This document shows, piece after piece, positions 9,897 to 20,006 of a stretch of 64,000 nt of DNA. The stretch is from assembly GCA_022340905.1 (NCBI GenBank), contig JAJDNB010000014.1, positions 1,227 through 65,226 on the forward strand. Direction: 5' to 3'. Position 1 is the stretch's first letter. Each line of letters begins with the position of its first letter. The DNA comes from Deltaproteobacteria bacterium (GTDB lineage: Bacteria; Desulfobacterota; Syntrophobacteria; BM002). The position numbers and the translations under genes were made by a program. The notes beneath the pieces were generated by a model. It saw only the letters and a list, made by a program, of their open reading frames with translations. It was not told the origin of the DNA and searched no databases.

Positions 9897-10571
9897 TTAA
9901 AAACGGAATGACACTCCAGTCAAGAAATAATGTGTGCTCAGAGGAGTCTCCACTTTCACCCTGGTGCGGGGTTCAAACCCAAGAATCCATTCCTCCGTTT
10001 CGTCTTTATACTTAATTTTATAGTGTGTATAGCGATACTCCCCAAACACACCGAAATTTTCGTGGAATTGCCACAAAAGACCCGCCCGAAAGTCCCATCC
10101 ATTTTCGAAACCCCAATCGGAGATTTTCTCCGATACTGTCGGTCTAAAATCTACGTCCATATCATAGTAGATTAGGCTCGGACCAACAGCCAGGTAGGGC
10201 TGAATCTTGCCGTCTGGATAACTATCACTAATCAGTAAAGGGTATCGGAGCATAAGTAAGAATGAAAAGGGAACTATGGAGAAGTCAACTTTTTCGGAAT
10301 CTGCTTGGAAATAGGACACATCACACGCCACGCCCAGATAGGGAAAAAGATATGGATAGTAGCCAAGTCGACCTCCAAAGGTAAATGAGGTATCGTAGCT
10401 TGTTTTGCCTGAAGCGCTTTCGTCAGGAAAGTGACTCTCAACCTCTATCTTTGAACCGTCAGTAATTGCTGCCCCGAGGTAGAGATCCGTGAAGAACTCG
10501 GCTCGTAAAATGGCAGGGAACGCGCACAAGAGAGCGAACACAGTAACTGACAGGAGCAGTTTGTATCTCAC
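9897..10571 (-). CDS. Outer-membrane beta-barrel protein (OmpW/OmpA-like porin family)
   Basis: Has a signal peptide (MRYKLLLSVTVFALLCAFPAILRA). Alternating aromatic/hydrophobic beta-strands run through the protein, and the C-terminus ...GVSFRF ends in Phe, an OMP signature. Confidence 0.6.
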   Translation of the reverse strand: MRYKLLLSVTVFALLCAFPAILRAEFFTDLYLGAAITDGSKIEVESHFPDESASGKTSYDTSFTFGGRLGYYPYLFPYLGVACDVSYFQADSEKVDFSIVPFSFLLMLRYPLLISDSYPDGKIQPYLAVGPSLIYYDMDVDFRPTVSEKISDWGFENGWDFRAGLLWQFHENFGVFGEYRYTHYKIKYKDETEEWILGFEPRTRVKVETPLSTHYFLTGVSFRF

Positions 10572-10612
10572 CTGCCACCCTCCGTTTATCCTTTAACGCG
10601 CACCGCCCCGGC

Positions 10613-11863
10613 TTATTGTTTAAGTTTTAGCATAGCGGCGATACCGGCATGGTCAGAGGGCCAGAGGCCGGAGGGTGTCTTGTCGCTCTGTCGATTTCCC
10701 GTCAACCACATCGGAGAGGGCAGGAACTGTGTATCTGACGCCGGACGCGTGAGTATCAAGTCGATACGCTTGAAGAGTTCTGACTCGAAATTGCTCAGAT
10801 CTGCTGCTTGACAGCAGGTGTCATCGGGACGCGCGCCGATCTGGGTCCAGACATCCGTGTAACCGGCACTGAGCATAAGCTCATAGGACAGAGTGACGTC
10901 CGCAGGGTCCGGGGACGAGTTGAAGTCTCCTGCCACCACCAGGGGCAAGGTTTCGGAGGCCAACGCCCCAATCAACTCCTGAGCCTGAGCGGCCTGAATG
11001 AGGTTGACAAAAGACCCTGGATTACTCTGGTCATCCACCTCCAGATGCGTGTTTACAAACCGGTAGGTGCGTCCTTGGTACGTCAGTTCCGTGGAACCGT
11101 AACCACGTACGATAAGTACCTGCACAAAGGGGTGGAGAGGATCGTCCGTAGAAATCCTAAATGGCAGCAGAACACTGTACTTGTGACTCTCTGCATCCTT
11201 CCCTATCTCAACATCCGATCTCACCAGGATCACGTCACGATCTTGTGCACGGACATCGGTGGGCAGAGCACCATCTGCGGGAACACAACCAAGTCCCGGG
11301 ACCATTACGAGATTCCATGAGGGGAACTCGAAGTCCGACTCGTTGGCAACAGCAGCCTCGACTACTCTGTATCGTAGACCTCTTACTTCCAAGGCAGCAA
11401 GCAGAAGATCCAGGTAGTCGAACGTAACGTCTTCAGCATCTGTGATAAAAGTTATACTGCCGTCATCATTTTCAGTAAAGTTAACGAACTCGCATCCAGA
11501 CTGATCACATGCCAGAGAGTTCGATAGCTCCGTCTTGATGAGATATACTTCTTGAAGGGCGATCACCTCGGGCTGCTTCTGCATGATTTCATCAGCAATG
11601 GCCTCCATCCTCTCTGGGGGGTTGGAGGCAATGATATCTTCAAAAAGCTCGTGCACCGCCTGCAGGGGCCCGCAGGGTGACACATCAGTGACCTTGAGGA
11701 TGTCTGCGCCTATATAGAGGTTTTTGGTCATTACCCGGAGTTGGTCCACCCGTCCTTTGTTTGCACCTTTGCCAGCTGCCCATACTCCACTCGCGAGTAC
11801 AACGCAGAGTAACGAGATAAACAAAAAAAGTAGAGATTTTCGCATCTTTTCCTCCTTTCTCAC
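10613..11863 (-). CDS. Secreted endonuclease/exonuclease/phosphatase (EEP) family protein
   Basis: Has a signal peptide and the EEP motifs ALQEV, VAGDFNS and PSDHAGIAAML. Length is 416 aa. Confidence 0.75.
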   Translation of the reverse strand: MRKEEKMRKSLLFLFISLLCVVLASGVWAAGKGANKGRVDQLRVMTKNLYIGADILKVTDVSPCGPLQAVHELFEDIIASNPPERMEAIADEIMQKQPEVIALQEVYLIKTELSNSLACDQSGCEFVNFTENDDGSITFITDAEDVTFDYLDLLLAALEVRGLRYRVVEAAVANESDFEFPSWNLVMVPGLGCVPADGALPTDVRAQDRDVILVRSDVEIGKDAESHKYSVLLPFRISTDDPLHPFVQVLIVRGYGSTELTYQGRTYRFVNTHLEVDDQSNPGSFVNLIQAAQAQELIGALASETLPLVVAGDFNSSPDPADVTLSYELMLSAGYTDVWTQIGARPDDTCCQAADLSNFESELFKRIDLILTRPASDTQFLPSPMWLTGNRQSDKTPSGLWPSDHAGIAAMLKLKQ

Positions 11864-12339
11864 TAGGGCTATAGAGCTTTAGGTTGATAATTTACAACTT
11901 TGTCTACAAAGCACATTGAGTGACCTGTATGGATAGTGAAATGCCATGATCAGAGCTTTCTGTTTTTCCCTGATTACGCAAGTGCCATTCCAAACAGGGC
12001 AACGGGCCTCCCTTTTAGCATCACACCATGGATGACAAGTCGAATTCGACCTGGAATCACTAAACATAGTTGAGCAATATTAAATACTTAAACGAGGAAC
12101 TTTTGGTAACGAGCGCAGGCTAAATATTCATGTATAGTCTCTAAGTAAGGAGATAATCGGTAGAGATATGCGGCTTGAAAGGGTGCAAAAAAACTTGACG
12201 ATTTCCTTGGCGGCTCCAGTTAAATTTGAAAAGTCAATTACTTATGGAGAAGCAAGCTATGTTTACAATGCAAGAAAGATTGCAGTGTCATTGTGCGGTT
12301 TGTTTTTTTGGCTTATCTTCTTTGAACATTGGAAGAGAT

Positions 12340-12625
12340 CCGCTAAGGAGACAGGGGTCAGGAGTCAGAGGTCAGAGGTCGGAAGTCAGAGATCAAATGA
12401 AGGATGGAAGTTGTATTTTACTCTTTGCGCTATGCTCTTTGCGCTATGCGAATGTCTACCGGCCACTGGCTACTGGATTCTTTGACTTCGAAATGCGGGC
12501 TGATGATGTGAAGGGGGGTAGGACATAATAAAAGGGCATAGAGTGAAGGATTGCACTTTCCTTCATGCTCTATGCCCTGTGCTATACTGCCTGCAAGCCC
12601 TGAGCGGAGTCGAAGGGCTGCTTGC
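12340..12625. repeat. Mosaic intergenic repeat block
   Basis: Contains ggtcaggagtcagaggtcagaggtcggaagtcagagatc, ctttgcgctatgctctttgcgctatgcg, catgctctatgccctgtgctatac and cctgagcggagtcgaagggc. Track ORFs 12168..12485 and 12226..12528 are translations of this repeat and are likely spurious. Confidence 0.55.
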
Positions 12626-12631
12626 TGTACC

Positions 12632-13165
12632 TTACGGTGTAACTTCGAAATCGAGACTCTTCAGGACCTTGCCGTCTGCGTCCAGTACATCCACACGCCA
12701 GGCACCAAGTTCATGTGCCTGAATGATCTTTGAGCTGAAGGTTCGCCAGCTGGCTGCATTCACCGCCAGCTCCACTCTGGCCCGCTCCGTCCCGTCAAAG
12801 TACCACACATGGGTTACATGTGTCGGAGACTCGGCACCCATGATTTGGGTGAAACAGTATAGTTTGCCCACATCGACCGTGAAACTGTTGCCGGAGTCCA
12901 CAGGTTCCCGATCCACCACATCTTTACAGATAGCTGCCACAGAAACCGTTAGCTCTGGGGCCATCTGCTCCTGCATTGCAGGTTCTTGCATCTCCCCAGT
13001 GGGTTGCTCTGACTTCATGGCGGGTTCTTGCATCTGGCCTGTGGGTTGTTCTGCCTTCATGGCAGGTTCTTGCATCTGGCCACTAGACTCCTGGGCCTGA
13101 CACACACCGTACAAACCGATAAACATGACTGCCAGGATTAAAACGGGAATAATTAGCTTCTTCAT
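12632..13165 (-). CDS. Secreted protein with three 15-aa tandem repeats and a C-terminal DUF2914-like domain
   Basis: Has a signal peptide. Three repeats of QMQEPAMK(A/S)EQPTG follow, then a conserved C-terminal domain (HVWYFDG...AW). The DUF2914 assignment is tentative. Confidence 0.6.
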   Translation of the reverse strand: MKKLIIPVLILAVMFIGLYGVCQAQESSGQMQEPAMKAEQPTGQMQEPAMKSEQPTGEMQEPAMQEQMAPELTVSVAAICKDVVDREPVDSGNSFTVDVGKLYCFTQIMGAESPTHVTHVWYFDGTERARVELAVNAASWRTFSSKIIQAHELGAWRVDVLDADGKVLKSLDFEVTP

Positions 13166-13309
13166 TTTGGTGACCTCCTTGTTTTGGAAGTTTACCTATA
13201 ACAATTCGGGGCAAAATAGCACAAGTTGGAATAAGTTTGCAAATCATTAGGCACAGGTCAGTTAATGATTGGTCAAATGACGTGAGCATAGGGCATGGAG
13301 CATGGGGCA

Positions 13310-13425
13310 TAACGCGCAGCGATCAGCGAGAAATGCGGGAAAAGCGGGAAAGGCGAGAAAGGTAAATGACTTTCCTGGCTAGGCACCCTTTCTCGCTTTT
13401 CTCGCCTGTCTAGCCTTTCTCGCGT
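13310..13425. repeat. Copy 2 of the palindromic gcgagaaagg element
   Basis: Near-identical to 2645..2795. It is preceded by catagggcatggagcatggggcat. A partial third copy lies at 45170..45245. Confidence 0.6.
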
Positions 13426-13445
13426 ACTGGCATCGCTGTCGGCTG

Positions 13446-14546
13446 CTAGTTGGCTCCTGGTTCGGATGGGAAAAGGTGGATGTGGGAAGAATCGAAGAGG
13501 AGGTGAACGGTGTCACCAAGGCGGAGTTCCTCGTCACTGCTCAGCACCAGCACGTTGCCGGCCCCGGTGCGCACATGATACAGCAGTTCCCGACCGAGAG
13601 GCTCGATGGTCTCTATATTGCCTGCCAGAGAGATTGATTCGCTTGTGGTAACCATGGAAATATGTTCCGGCCGAATACCCATGAGAGCCTTCCGGTCGAC
13701 CAGCCGCTCCAGCATCCATGCCTTGTCTTTTGGAAGCTCTGATTTTCCGTCTGCGTAAGTAATTACGGCAGCGTCACCCTCTTTATTTATTTCCGAGGGT
13801 ATCACGTTCATCGGTGGCGAACCAATAAAGGTGGCAGCAAAAGGGGTCTGAGGGCGGTTGTACAGATCATCGGGAGTACCCACCTGAACGAGACTACCGT
13901 CTCTAAACAGACCTATTCGGTCACCCAGAGTCATGGCCTCAGTCTGGTCATGGGTGACGTAGATGGTGGTAATTCCAGTATCTCTTTGTAACCGTTTAAT
14001 TTCAGACCGCATATTGGTGCGCAGTTGGGCGTCCAAATTGGAGAGAGGTTCATCCAGCAAAAACAGGTCGGGATTGCGCACCAGGGCCCGCGCAATGGCG
14101 ACCCTTTGACGCTGACCGCCGGAGAGTTCTGCTGGCTTCCGCTCAAGAAGATCATCTATGCCGAGCATGTCCGCAGTATTTCTCACCGGCTCATCGATCT
14201 CCCTCTCCCTCGCTATTCTCAGAGGAAAGGCAATATTCTCGAACACATTGAGGTGGGGGTAGAGGGCGTAGCTCTGGAAGACCATGGCAACATTTCGCTC
14301 TTTTGGAGAAAGGAATATCTTCCTCTCGGGAGACGATACGATCCTGTCGGCGAAACGGATTTCCCCCGCGGTAGGCCGCTCCAGGCCTGCAGTCAGGTTC
14401 AATGTGGTTGATTTACCACAACCACTCGGCCCGAGGAGAATGAAAAACTCGCCCTGTCCAATTTCCAGGTCAATGGACTTGAGGGCCTCCACCTTTCCGC
14501 GAAGGGTATAGAAAGTTTTCTGCAGTCTCCTGAAGGTAACATTCAT
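13446..14546 (-). CDS. ABC transporter ATP-binding protein (MalK/UgpC-type carbohydrate importer ATPase)
   Basis: Has Walker A (GPSGCGKST), the signature LSGGQRQRVAIARAL and Walker B (LLDEPLSNLD), plus a C-terminal TOBE-like domain. It overlaps the upstream permease by 4 nt. Confidence 0.9.
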   Translation of the reverse strand: MNVTFRRLQKTFYTLRGKVEALKSIDLEIGQGEFFILLGPSGCGKSTTLNLTAGLERPTAGEIRFADRIVSSPERKIFLSPKERNVAMVFQSYALYPHLNVFENIAFPLRIAREREIDEPVRNTADMLGIDDLLERKPAELSGGQRQRVAIARALVRNPDLFLLDEPLSNLDAQLRTNMRSEIKRLQRDTGITTIYVTHDQTEAMTLGDRIGLFRDGSLVQVGTPDDLYNRPQTPFAATFIGSPPMNVIPSEINKEGDAAVITYADGKSELPKDKAWMLERLVDRKALMGIRPEHISMVTTSESISLAGNIETIEPLGRELLYHVRTGAGNVLVLSSDEELRLGDTVHLLFDSSHIHLFPSEPGAN

Positions 14547-15373
14547 TGCTTGACCGCTCCCCGGGTTAGCCCCTGAACAATCCTTTTTTGGAAGATAAGG
14601 GTCAGAATGACCACTGGTATGGTAGTGATGGTTGCCGCCGCCATAATCTCTCCCCAGGGAATCTGACCGTGGATACCCTCAAAAAGCGCTATTCCCACTG
14701 GAATTGTCCGGGAGCGATAGTCCACGGTTAGCATCAAGGCGAAGAGAAACTCATTGAAGGCGAAAATAAATACGAGAAGCGCGGTGGAAAAGACCCCAGG
14801 GGCTGCCACTGGGAGAATTATTTTTATGAGCGTTTGAAATCTGGAAGCACCGTCAATTCGCGCCGATCTGTCCAAATCCATGGGCACCTGGGCAAAATAA
14901 CTCACCAGTATCCACAGGGACAAAGGCATGGTCCAGGCGATATAGGGCAGGATCAGGCCGGCATATGTGTTCACCCAACCCAAACCTGACATGATTTTGA
15001 AGAGATAGCTGATCAAACTTATGGGGGGAAACATGGACAAGGCCAGAATGGAGAGGAGCAGGACCGTTTTGCCCGGCAGAGGCAGCCGGGTCAAGGAATA
15101 GGCGGCAAGAGAAGCAAGAAAGACACTGGCTACAGCGGTAACCGCTGAAATGATCAGGCTGTTTCTAAGATAGGCCATAAAGTGGGCAGACTCCGAGAAA
15201 ATGACCGCCGTGAAGTTTGCCAGAGTTAGAGTAAAAGATTTTGTGGGCAGCAAGAAGTCAGGGTTGCCGCTCAGCGAGGTAAGGACCATGTAGATAAATG
15301 GAGCCAGACAAAATATACTGGTGAGGCCTGCAGCCGCTGCTAAAAGTATTTTTTTGAGTCTCTCTTCTCTCAT
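14543..15373 (-). CDS. Carbohydrate ABC transporter permease (MalG/UgpE-like)
   Basis: Six TM segments, with an EAA-like loop (...RIDGASRFQTLIKIILP...). Confidence 0.85.
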   Translation of the reverse strand: MREERLKKILLAAAAGLTSIFCLAPFIYMVLTSLSGNPDFLLPTKSFTLTLANFTAVIFSESAHFMAYLRNSLIISAVTAVASVFLASLAAYSLTRLPLPGKTVLLLSILALSMFPPISLISYLFKIMSGLGWVNTYAGLILPYIAWTMPLSLWILVSYFAQVPMDLDRSARIDGASRFQTLIKIILPVAAPGVFSTALLVFIFAFNEFLFALMLTVDYRSRTIPVGIALFEGIHGQIPWGEIMAAATITTIPVVILTLIFQKRIVQGLTRGAVKQ

Positions 15374-16293
15374 TTCAGTTCTTCACCGAAGCGAGCCATT
15401 TTGATGTAAGCCAGGGAAAATCCCAGGGCGACAAAAAAGAGCAGCACACTGATGGTAGCGCCATAGCCGAAGTCCCCGGCAGCATAATAGGTGTAGGCAA
15501 ACAAGGAAACGGCATCGGTACTGCCTCCAGGGCCGCCCCCGGTAAGAACAAAGATAACGTCAAACACCCGAAGCGCATCTACGGTCCTGAATAGAAGCGT
15601 CACCACCACCACCGGCTTAAGAACTGGCAGGGTGATCTTGAAAAACCTTTGCACGAAGTTGGCCCGATCCACCTGGGCCTGACGGTGGAGATCCTCATCA
15701 ATCGCCGCAAGACCGGCAAGCAGAATTATGGCAGCAAATGGGGTGGTCTTCCAAACATCGGCTAAGACAACAGCAGCAAATGCACCCAGGTCCGTGCCCA
15801 ACCAATTAACCGGCCCTACCCCCAATAGATGGGTAACATAATTGGCAACACCGTAGCTGTAATTGTAGATGAGCTCGAAAATACGACCGGAAACAGCGGC
15901 GGGAATGGCCCAGGGAATGAGAACCATTGCTCGCAGTGCTGCCCTCCCGGGAAATGTTTCATTGAGAACCAGGGCGATTATCATGCCGAGGGTGACCTCC
16001 AGAGGCACCGAGACGAGTACAAAGAGAGTGGTAAAGCGCACAGAATCCCAAAAACCACCGTCCCGAAAAATCGCCAGGTAGTTATCGAGGCCAACAAATG
16101 CAGTGGGGAGATAGGGGAGATCCCGCTGCAGGCTGTCCAAGAAAGTGCCTAAAACCGGCAGCAGGATCAGGGCAGAAATAAAGATTACAAGTGGGAGTAG
16201 AAAAGCGCAACCACTCAGAAACTCTCTGTCCAAAAATGACATTTTGGACACACGATCGAGGGCTGATTGTCGAGAGCCATTTCTAGTTGTCAT
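15370..16293 (-). CDS. Carbohydrate ABC transporter permease (MalF/UgpA-like)
   Basis: Polytopic membrane protein with an EAA loop (VDRANFVQRFFKITLP). It overlaps the neighbouring gene by 4 nt. Confidence 0.85.
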   Translation of the reverse strand: MTTRNGSRQSALDRVSKMSFLDREFLSGCAFLLPLVIFISALILLPVLGTFLDSLQRDLPYLPTAFVGLDNYLAIFRDGGFWDSVRFTTLFVLVSVPLEVTLGMIIALVLNETFPGRAALRAMVLIPWAIPAAVSGRIFELIYNYSYGVANYVTHLLGVGPVNWLGTDLGAFAAVVLADVWKTTPFAAIILLAGLAAIDEDLHRQAQVDRANFVQRFFKITLPVLKPVVVVTLLFRTVDALRVFDVIFVLTGGGPGGSTDAVSLFAYTYYAAGDFGYGATISVLLFFVALGFSLAYIKMARFGEELK

Positions 16294-16339
16294 GCGATTT
16301 CTTTAAGCGGCTACAATGGCATCACTCGTAAAGATAGCC

Positions 16340-16470
16340 ATCTGCATCAGAATATCAGAAATTCCAAATCACAAATCACAAAGATCAAACAAATCACAAT
16401 GACCAAAATCTGAAATTCCAAACATTTTTGGTGTCTTGGTAATTGAATATTGGAATTTGAAATTTGTTTG
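16340..16470. repeat. Intra-operon imperfect inverted repeat between the SBP and permease genes
   Basis: gaaattccaaatcacaaatcacaaagatcaaacaaatcacaatg ... ttgtaatttggtgcttggagtttgggatttaa. The (aaatcacaa)n words and their complement tttgtaattt / tttgggattt can fold as a hairpin. Confidence 0.5.
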
Positions 16471-16564
16471 TAATTTGGTGCTTGGAGTTTGGGATTTAAT
16501 TTTTTCTATCTTCCACCATTCTTATGTTTTCTCCTGGCTCCTGTCTCCCGGCTCCTTCGATTCT

Positions 16565-17839
16565 TTACCTCAGCTGATAGCGCGACAGCAATGCCTCTAT
16601 TTCTCTATCGGCTTCTGCAAGACCCATTTGAGGTGTAATTTTGTCGGCCAGGACAGCGTTTATCTGCTTCTGAGCGATGGCCGAAATTTGACTGTAATAG
16701 GGTACGAGGGGCCGCGGCCGCGAATTCTGAAAAACCGTCGTGAGCTCTTGAAGATGTGGCGCTTTTTTCAACACCTCCTCGTCTCTGTACAGATCCTGCC
16801 TCCCTGGATTCCAGCCCAGGGTGAGAACCATCTCCTTTTGGGCAGCGAAGGAGGTGACAAACCTGACGAATTCTTTGGCCGCACCTTTCATATCAGAAAA
16901 AACAGATACCCCTATGTGAAAACCTCCCAAGGTAGACGCGCTTGTGGTCTTCTGAGGACCCGGAACCGGGGCCACCCCTGTTTTGCCTCTGACCTTGGAG
17001 TCCTCTGCCTCATGCAATGACCAGGCGTAAGGCCAGTTTCTTTCGTACAGGGCTTTCCCTTCTTGGAAATAAGTGCGCACTTCCTCCTCCCGCATGGTCG
17101 TGTATGTGTTGGGTGGCGAGATCTTGTCTTTCCAAATCAGATCGTGCATGAAGGAAAGAGCTGATTGGTTCTCCGGCGAGGTGAGGTGAATTCCGGATCC
17201 ATCTCGAATGAAACCACCTTTGCTGCCGGCGAACTCCATAAAAACGGTAATGAGACCCTCGTATTGGGCGCCGGTCCAGACGAATCCATAGAAGTTCGGG
17301 TTTGTCGTGCGCATCTGCTCCTGGACCTTGTTCGCAGAGGCAAGGAGCTCACCCCAGGTTTTGGGTGGGCCATAAAGCCCGGCCTGTTTTAAGAGGTCCT
17401 TGCGATAGTAGAGAACCCCGCCGTCCATGTACACCGGCAAGGCAATGAGTTTGCCGTTTACGGTGTCAACCGACTGGATTACCGTTTGGAAGAAGGGAGT
17501 GGGATCAAAGTCCCCTCCAAGAGGTTCCAGCCAGTCTGCATCGGCAAAGAGTCCTACCCAGGCAACATCCATGAGAAATACGTCAGGATCGCTCATCCCA
17601 GCCTTCAGGGAGATAATGAGACTCTGACGCTGGTCGTCGGTATTGCTGGGTTTGCGGAGCATCTCCACCCGAATGTTGCTCTGTCGCTCAAATTCACCGA
17701 TGACCTTTTCCCAGTAAACCAATTCATTGGGAGCCCCGCCCACGGCGAATGTGAGTTTTGCTTTTTCTCCCTGGTTGCACCCAACGAGAAGGGACCACGC
17801 GAGAAGGAGGTAAATTGCTTTTTTTCGAAGGTTCATCAC
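16565..17839 (-). CDS. ABC transporter substrate-binding lipoprotein (extracellular solute-binding family 1, carbohydrate)
   Basis: Has a lipoprotein signal (LLVGC) and an SBP_bac_1-like sequence. It sits at the head of the permease-permease-ATPase operon. Confidence 0.85.
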   Translation of the reverse strand: MMNLRKKAIYLLLAWSLLVGCNQGEKAKLTFAVGGAPNELVYWEKVIGEFERQSNIRVEMLRKPSNTDDQRQSLIISLKAGMSDPDVFLMDVAWVGLFADADWLEPLGGDFDPTPFFQTVIQSVDTVNGKLIALPVYMDGGVLYYRKDLLKQAGLYGPPKTWGELLASANKVQEQMRTTNPNFYGFVWTGAQYEGLITVFMEFAGSKGGFIRDGSGIHLTSPENQSALSFMHDLIWKDKISPPNTYTTMREEEVRTYFQEGKALYERNWPYAWSLHEAEDSKVRGKTGVAPVPGPQKTTSASTLGGFHIGVSVFSDMKGAAKEFVRFVTSFAAQKEMVLTLGWNPGRQDLYRDEEVLKKAPHLQELTTVFQNSRPRPLVPYYSQISAIAQKQINAVLADKITPQMGLAEADREIEALLSRYQLR

Positions 17840-17844
17840 TACGG

Positions 17845-18055
17845 GTATTCTATCAAAGGAGGGAAGATGGTTGAAGTCGTTGAAATCGTTGAACTCGTTA
17901 AAATCGTAGAAACCGTAGAAGTCGTCCGGCCCAGATGTCAGAGGTCGGAGATCAGAGGTCAGAGAAAAGCGATTTATAGGCTGGGCTTCACCGTATAACG
18001 TATAACAAGTAACGGATAACGTTATATACCATTCACCGCTATCGGTTCACCCTAC
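17845..18055. repeat. Mosaic intergenic repeat block
   Basis: Contains gtcgttgaaatcgttgaactcgttaaaatcgtagaaaccgtagaagtcgtccggcccagatgtcagaggtcggagatcagaggtcagag ... cgtataacgtataacaagtaacggataacg. Confidence 0.55.
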
Positions 18056-18379
18056 CTACGGTATTTCCTCTCCGCCGCGGAAGATGAAGACATATGCCTG
18101 GTAATTTATGTCAACAGTGAAATCTCCTCCCCGTGATCGTGCGTATTCGACCCAGCCAGGTTTGCCCTCTACGCAGCAGTCAACATCCTGCGGGGAGTAT
18201 CTTTCTGCGCTCCTGTCGAACCAACTCAGAAGCATGGGCTCATGGTAAAGCTTCTTGGCAAGGTTTCTGGCAGCATCATGAGCACGCTCGAAGTCCAGCC
18301 CCGATTCATCAAGCAGCACATAAACCGGATTGGGCAGCATCTCCCCCTTTGGGATTTCACATGCTTCCATGGACTTCAC
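18056..18379 (-). CDS. Hypothetical protein
   Basis: A 107-aa ORF immediately downstream of the ABC operon. No confident family was assigned. Confidence 0.4.
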   Translation of the reverse strand: MKSMEACEIPKGEMLPNPVYVLLDESGLDFERAHDAARNLAKKLYHEPMLLSWFDRSAERYSPQDVDCCVEGKPGWVEYARSRGGDFTVDINYQAYVFIFRGGEEIP

Positions 18380-18797
18380 CCCCCTTTTATCCGCAATTTA
18401 GGACAAATAAGCATAACACCCACTTGGGATGAGGACAACACTCTCTTCCTGTCATTAGCAAGCCTCATCTAGATAACTACTACATAAGCTAGTAGAATTT
18501 CAAACAGAAAATGGACGCTTTGCCAGTAGTCTACATGTGTGTCGATTAAAGTATAGAGTATCAAATGCAGGTGGGAACCATCGGGGGGTGGTAAAACTCG
18601 TCAGGCAGCCTCCCCAAATGGCCGATAAAAGGACAATGAATCATCTACAGAGACGAATTTTCCATCACAGCGCTCGCTGATAGTATTTGCTTTTGGGTAT
18701 AAGACACATCCAGATACTACGCCTTATTCTGTATCTTTCAACGCTCTCGCATTTTGGACATTTCTTGTTAATGACCAATATCGACATTTCTGCACCA

Positions 18798-18971
18798 TTA
18801 AGCAGGAGTTAGTTCTTCTGGTGCGGACTCCTTATCTGGAATGAGGGGAAAAACCCATTTGTCTCTGCAATCTTTACTGCAAAACAGATGGATTGCACTA
18901 TCTGTACAGTGCGTCATGTTTTCTTCGATTCCTTCGAATACTTCCATGCAGTTCATACAGGCAAATCTCAT
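18798..18971 (-). CDS. Small (57 aa) FCS/TRASH-type zinc-finger protein, not in the ORF track
   Basis: Manual translation gives MRFACMNCMEVFEGIEENMTHCTDSAIHLFCSKDCRDKWVFPLIPDKESAPEELTPA. The pattern CxxC...(19)...FCSxxC matches the TRASH/FCS metal-binding motif. GGAGG sits 10 nt upstream of the ATG. Confidence 0.4.
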   Translation of the reverse strand: MRFACMNCMEVFEGIEENMTHCTDSAIHLFCSKDCRDKWVFPLIPDKESAPEELTPA

Positions 18972-19391
18972 GGCAATGAAGCCTCCGTCTGAGGAGTCCT
19001 ACCAGTTAATAGTTCGATATGCCTAGAGGAGCAAAGGCCATGCCATAAAAATAAATTTCATATTATTATTGAAATTACCGGTGGTTATCTCGATGCTCAG
19101 AAAAGCAAACCCAGGACAATGTGAAAGACACTTCCCCAAATAAGGGAAAAAAATTTCCACTTCCGACTAAAAAGACAAAAACAGCAAGGGAGAAAGCGAG
19201 GTGGGTAGCATGGAGGATGGGGGCGAACTATGCATCCCATCCCGTAATACACACTCTGCACCCTGCGACCCTAACCCAACATGTGGGAGATATTCCGAAG
19301 TATCCATAGGTGGATTAAGGTTTATTCACTCCGTGTCAGAAAACCAACGAAACTGTTTGCCCCGTCATCTGTAGCGGCGACTTAGCCAACG

Positions 19392-19730
19392 CTACGCCCA
19401 CTTCTTGCCCAGTTCGTCGAGTCCAGAGCGCCCTAGTTCATCAGGGGTCATTACAATATGGAACTGCACGTCAGCGTTGAACGAGAGAAACCAGGGTTCC
19501 GCATAGACTGGAACCTGCGAAGGCTCCCCCACGTCCACGATCATGATGGCCCCCCGCTGGCCGTTATACTCTGTGAAATAGACTGACTCGGGCTTTGTCT
19601 CTTCCAGAATACGCCTTATCTTTTTCCCAACACTGCCGTCCCTGACGGCTGCATTGAACTCGCGATGAGGAAGTTTTACATGTAGAAGCATTCTCATTTT
19701 GATCTCCCTGTATTGTTGGCCCTTTCTCAT
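19392..19730 (-). CDS. Hypothetical small protein (possibly an alpha/beta-barrel, Dabb/DUF3303-like)
   Basis: A 112-aa ORF. Its likely true start is the internal MRMLLHVKLPHREF. Fold assignment is tentative. Confidence 0.4.
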   Translation of the reverse strand: MRKGQQYREIKMRMLLHVKLPHREFNAAVRDGSVGKKIRRILEETKPESVYFTEYNGQRGAIMIVDVGEPSQVPVYAEPWFLSFNADVQFHIVMTPDELGRSGLDELGKKWA

Positions 19731-20006
19731 CCAATAGAAAGTGTAATCTTATTAACTTCCAGTAACAAACGGGCAATCCACGGTCAATACGAAAAACCAC
19801 TATTGCTGTGGGAATTTCGTACAAAAGAAGTGAAGGCAATCCTTCTAAATACCTCCTTTAATTTGTGCTTGGATGGATTTCATTATGGCGGCAGGGAATG
19901 CTGAACATCTGTGTCCTGAGAAGGGAACCAGAACACTTGCCACATTGGGTTTAGGTTGGGAGGCGGTCCACCCCTTGAAAGAGAGGACCTGCCTCCCAAC
20001 CTCACG

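Noticed and set aside
19121-19309. 62-aa Lys-rich plus-strand ORF
   Set aside because: It sits in an otherwise featureless region with an AT-rich, A-run-driven lysine stretch. It is probably non-coding.
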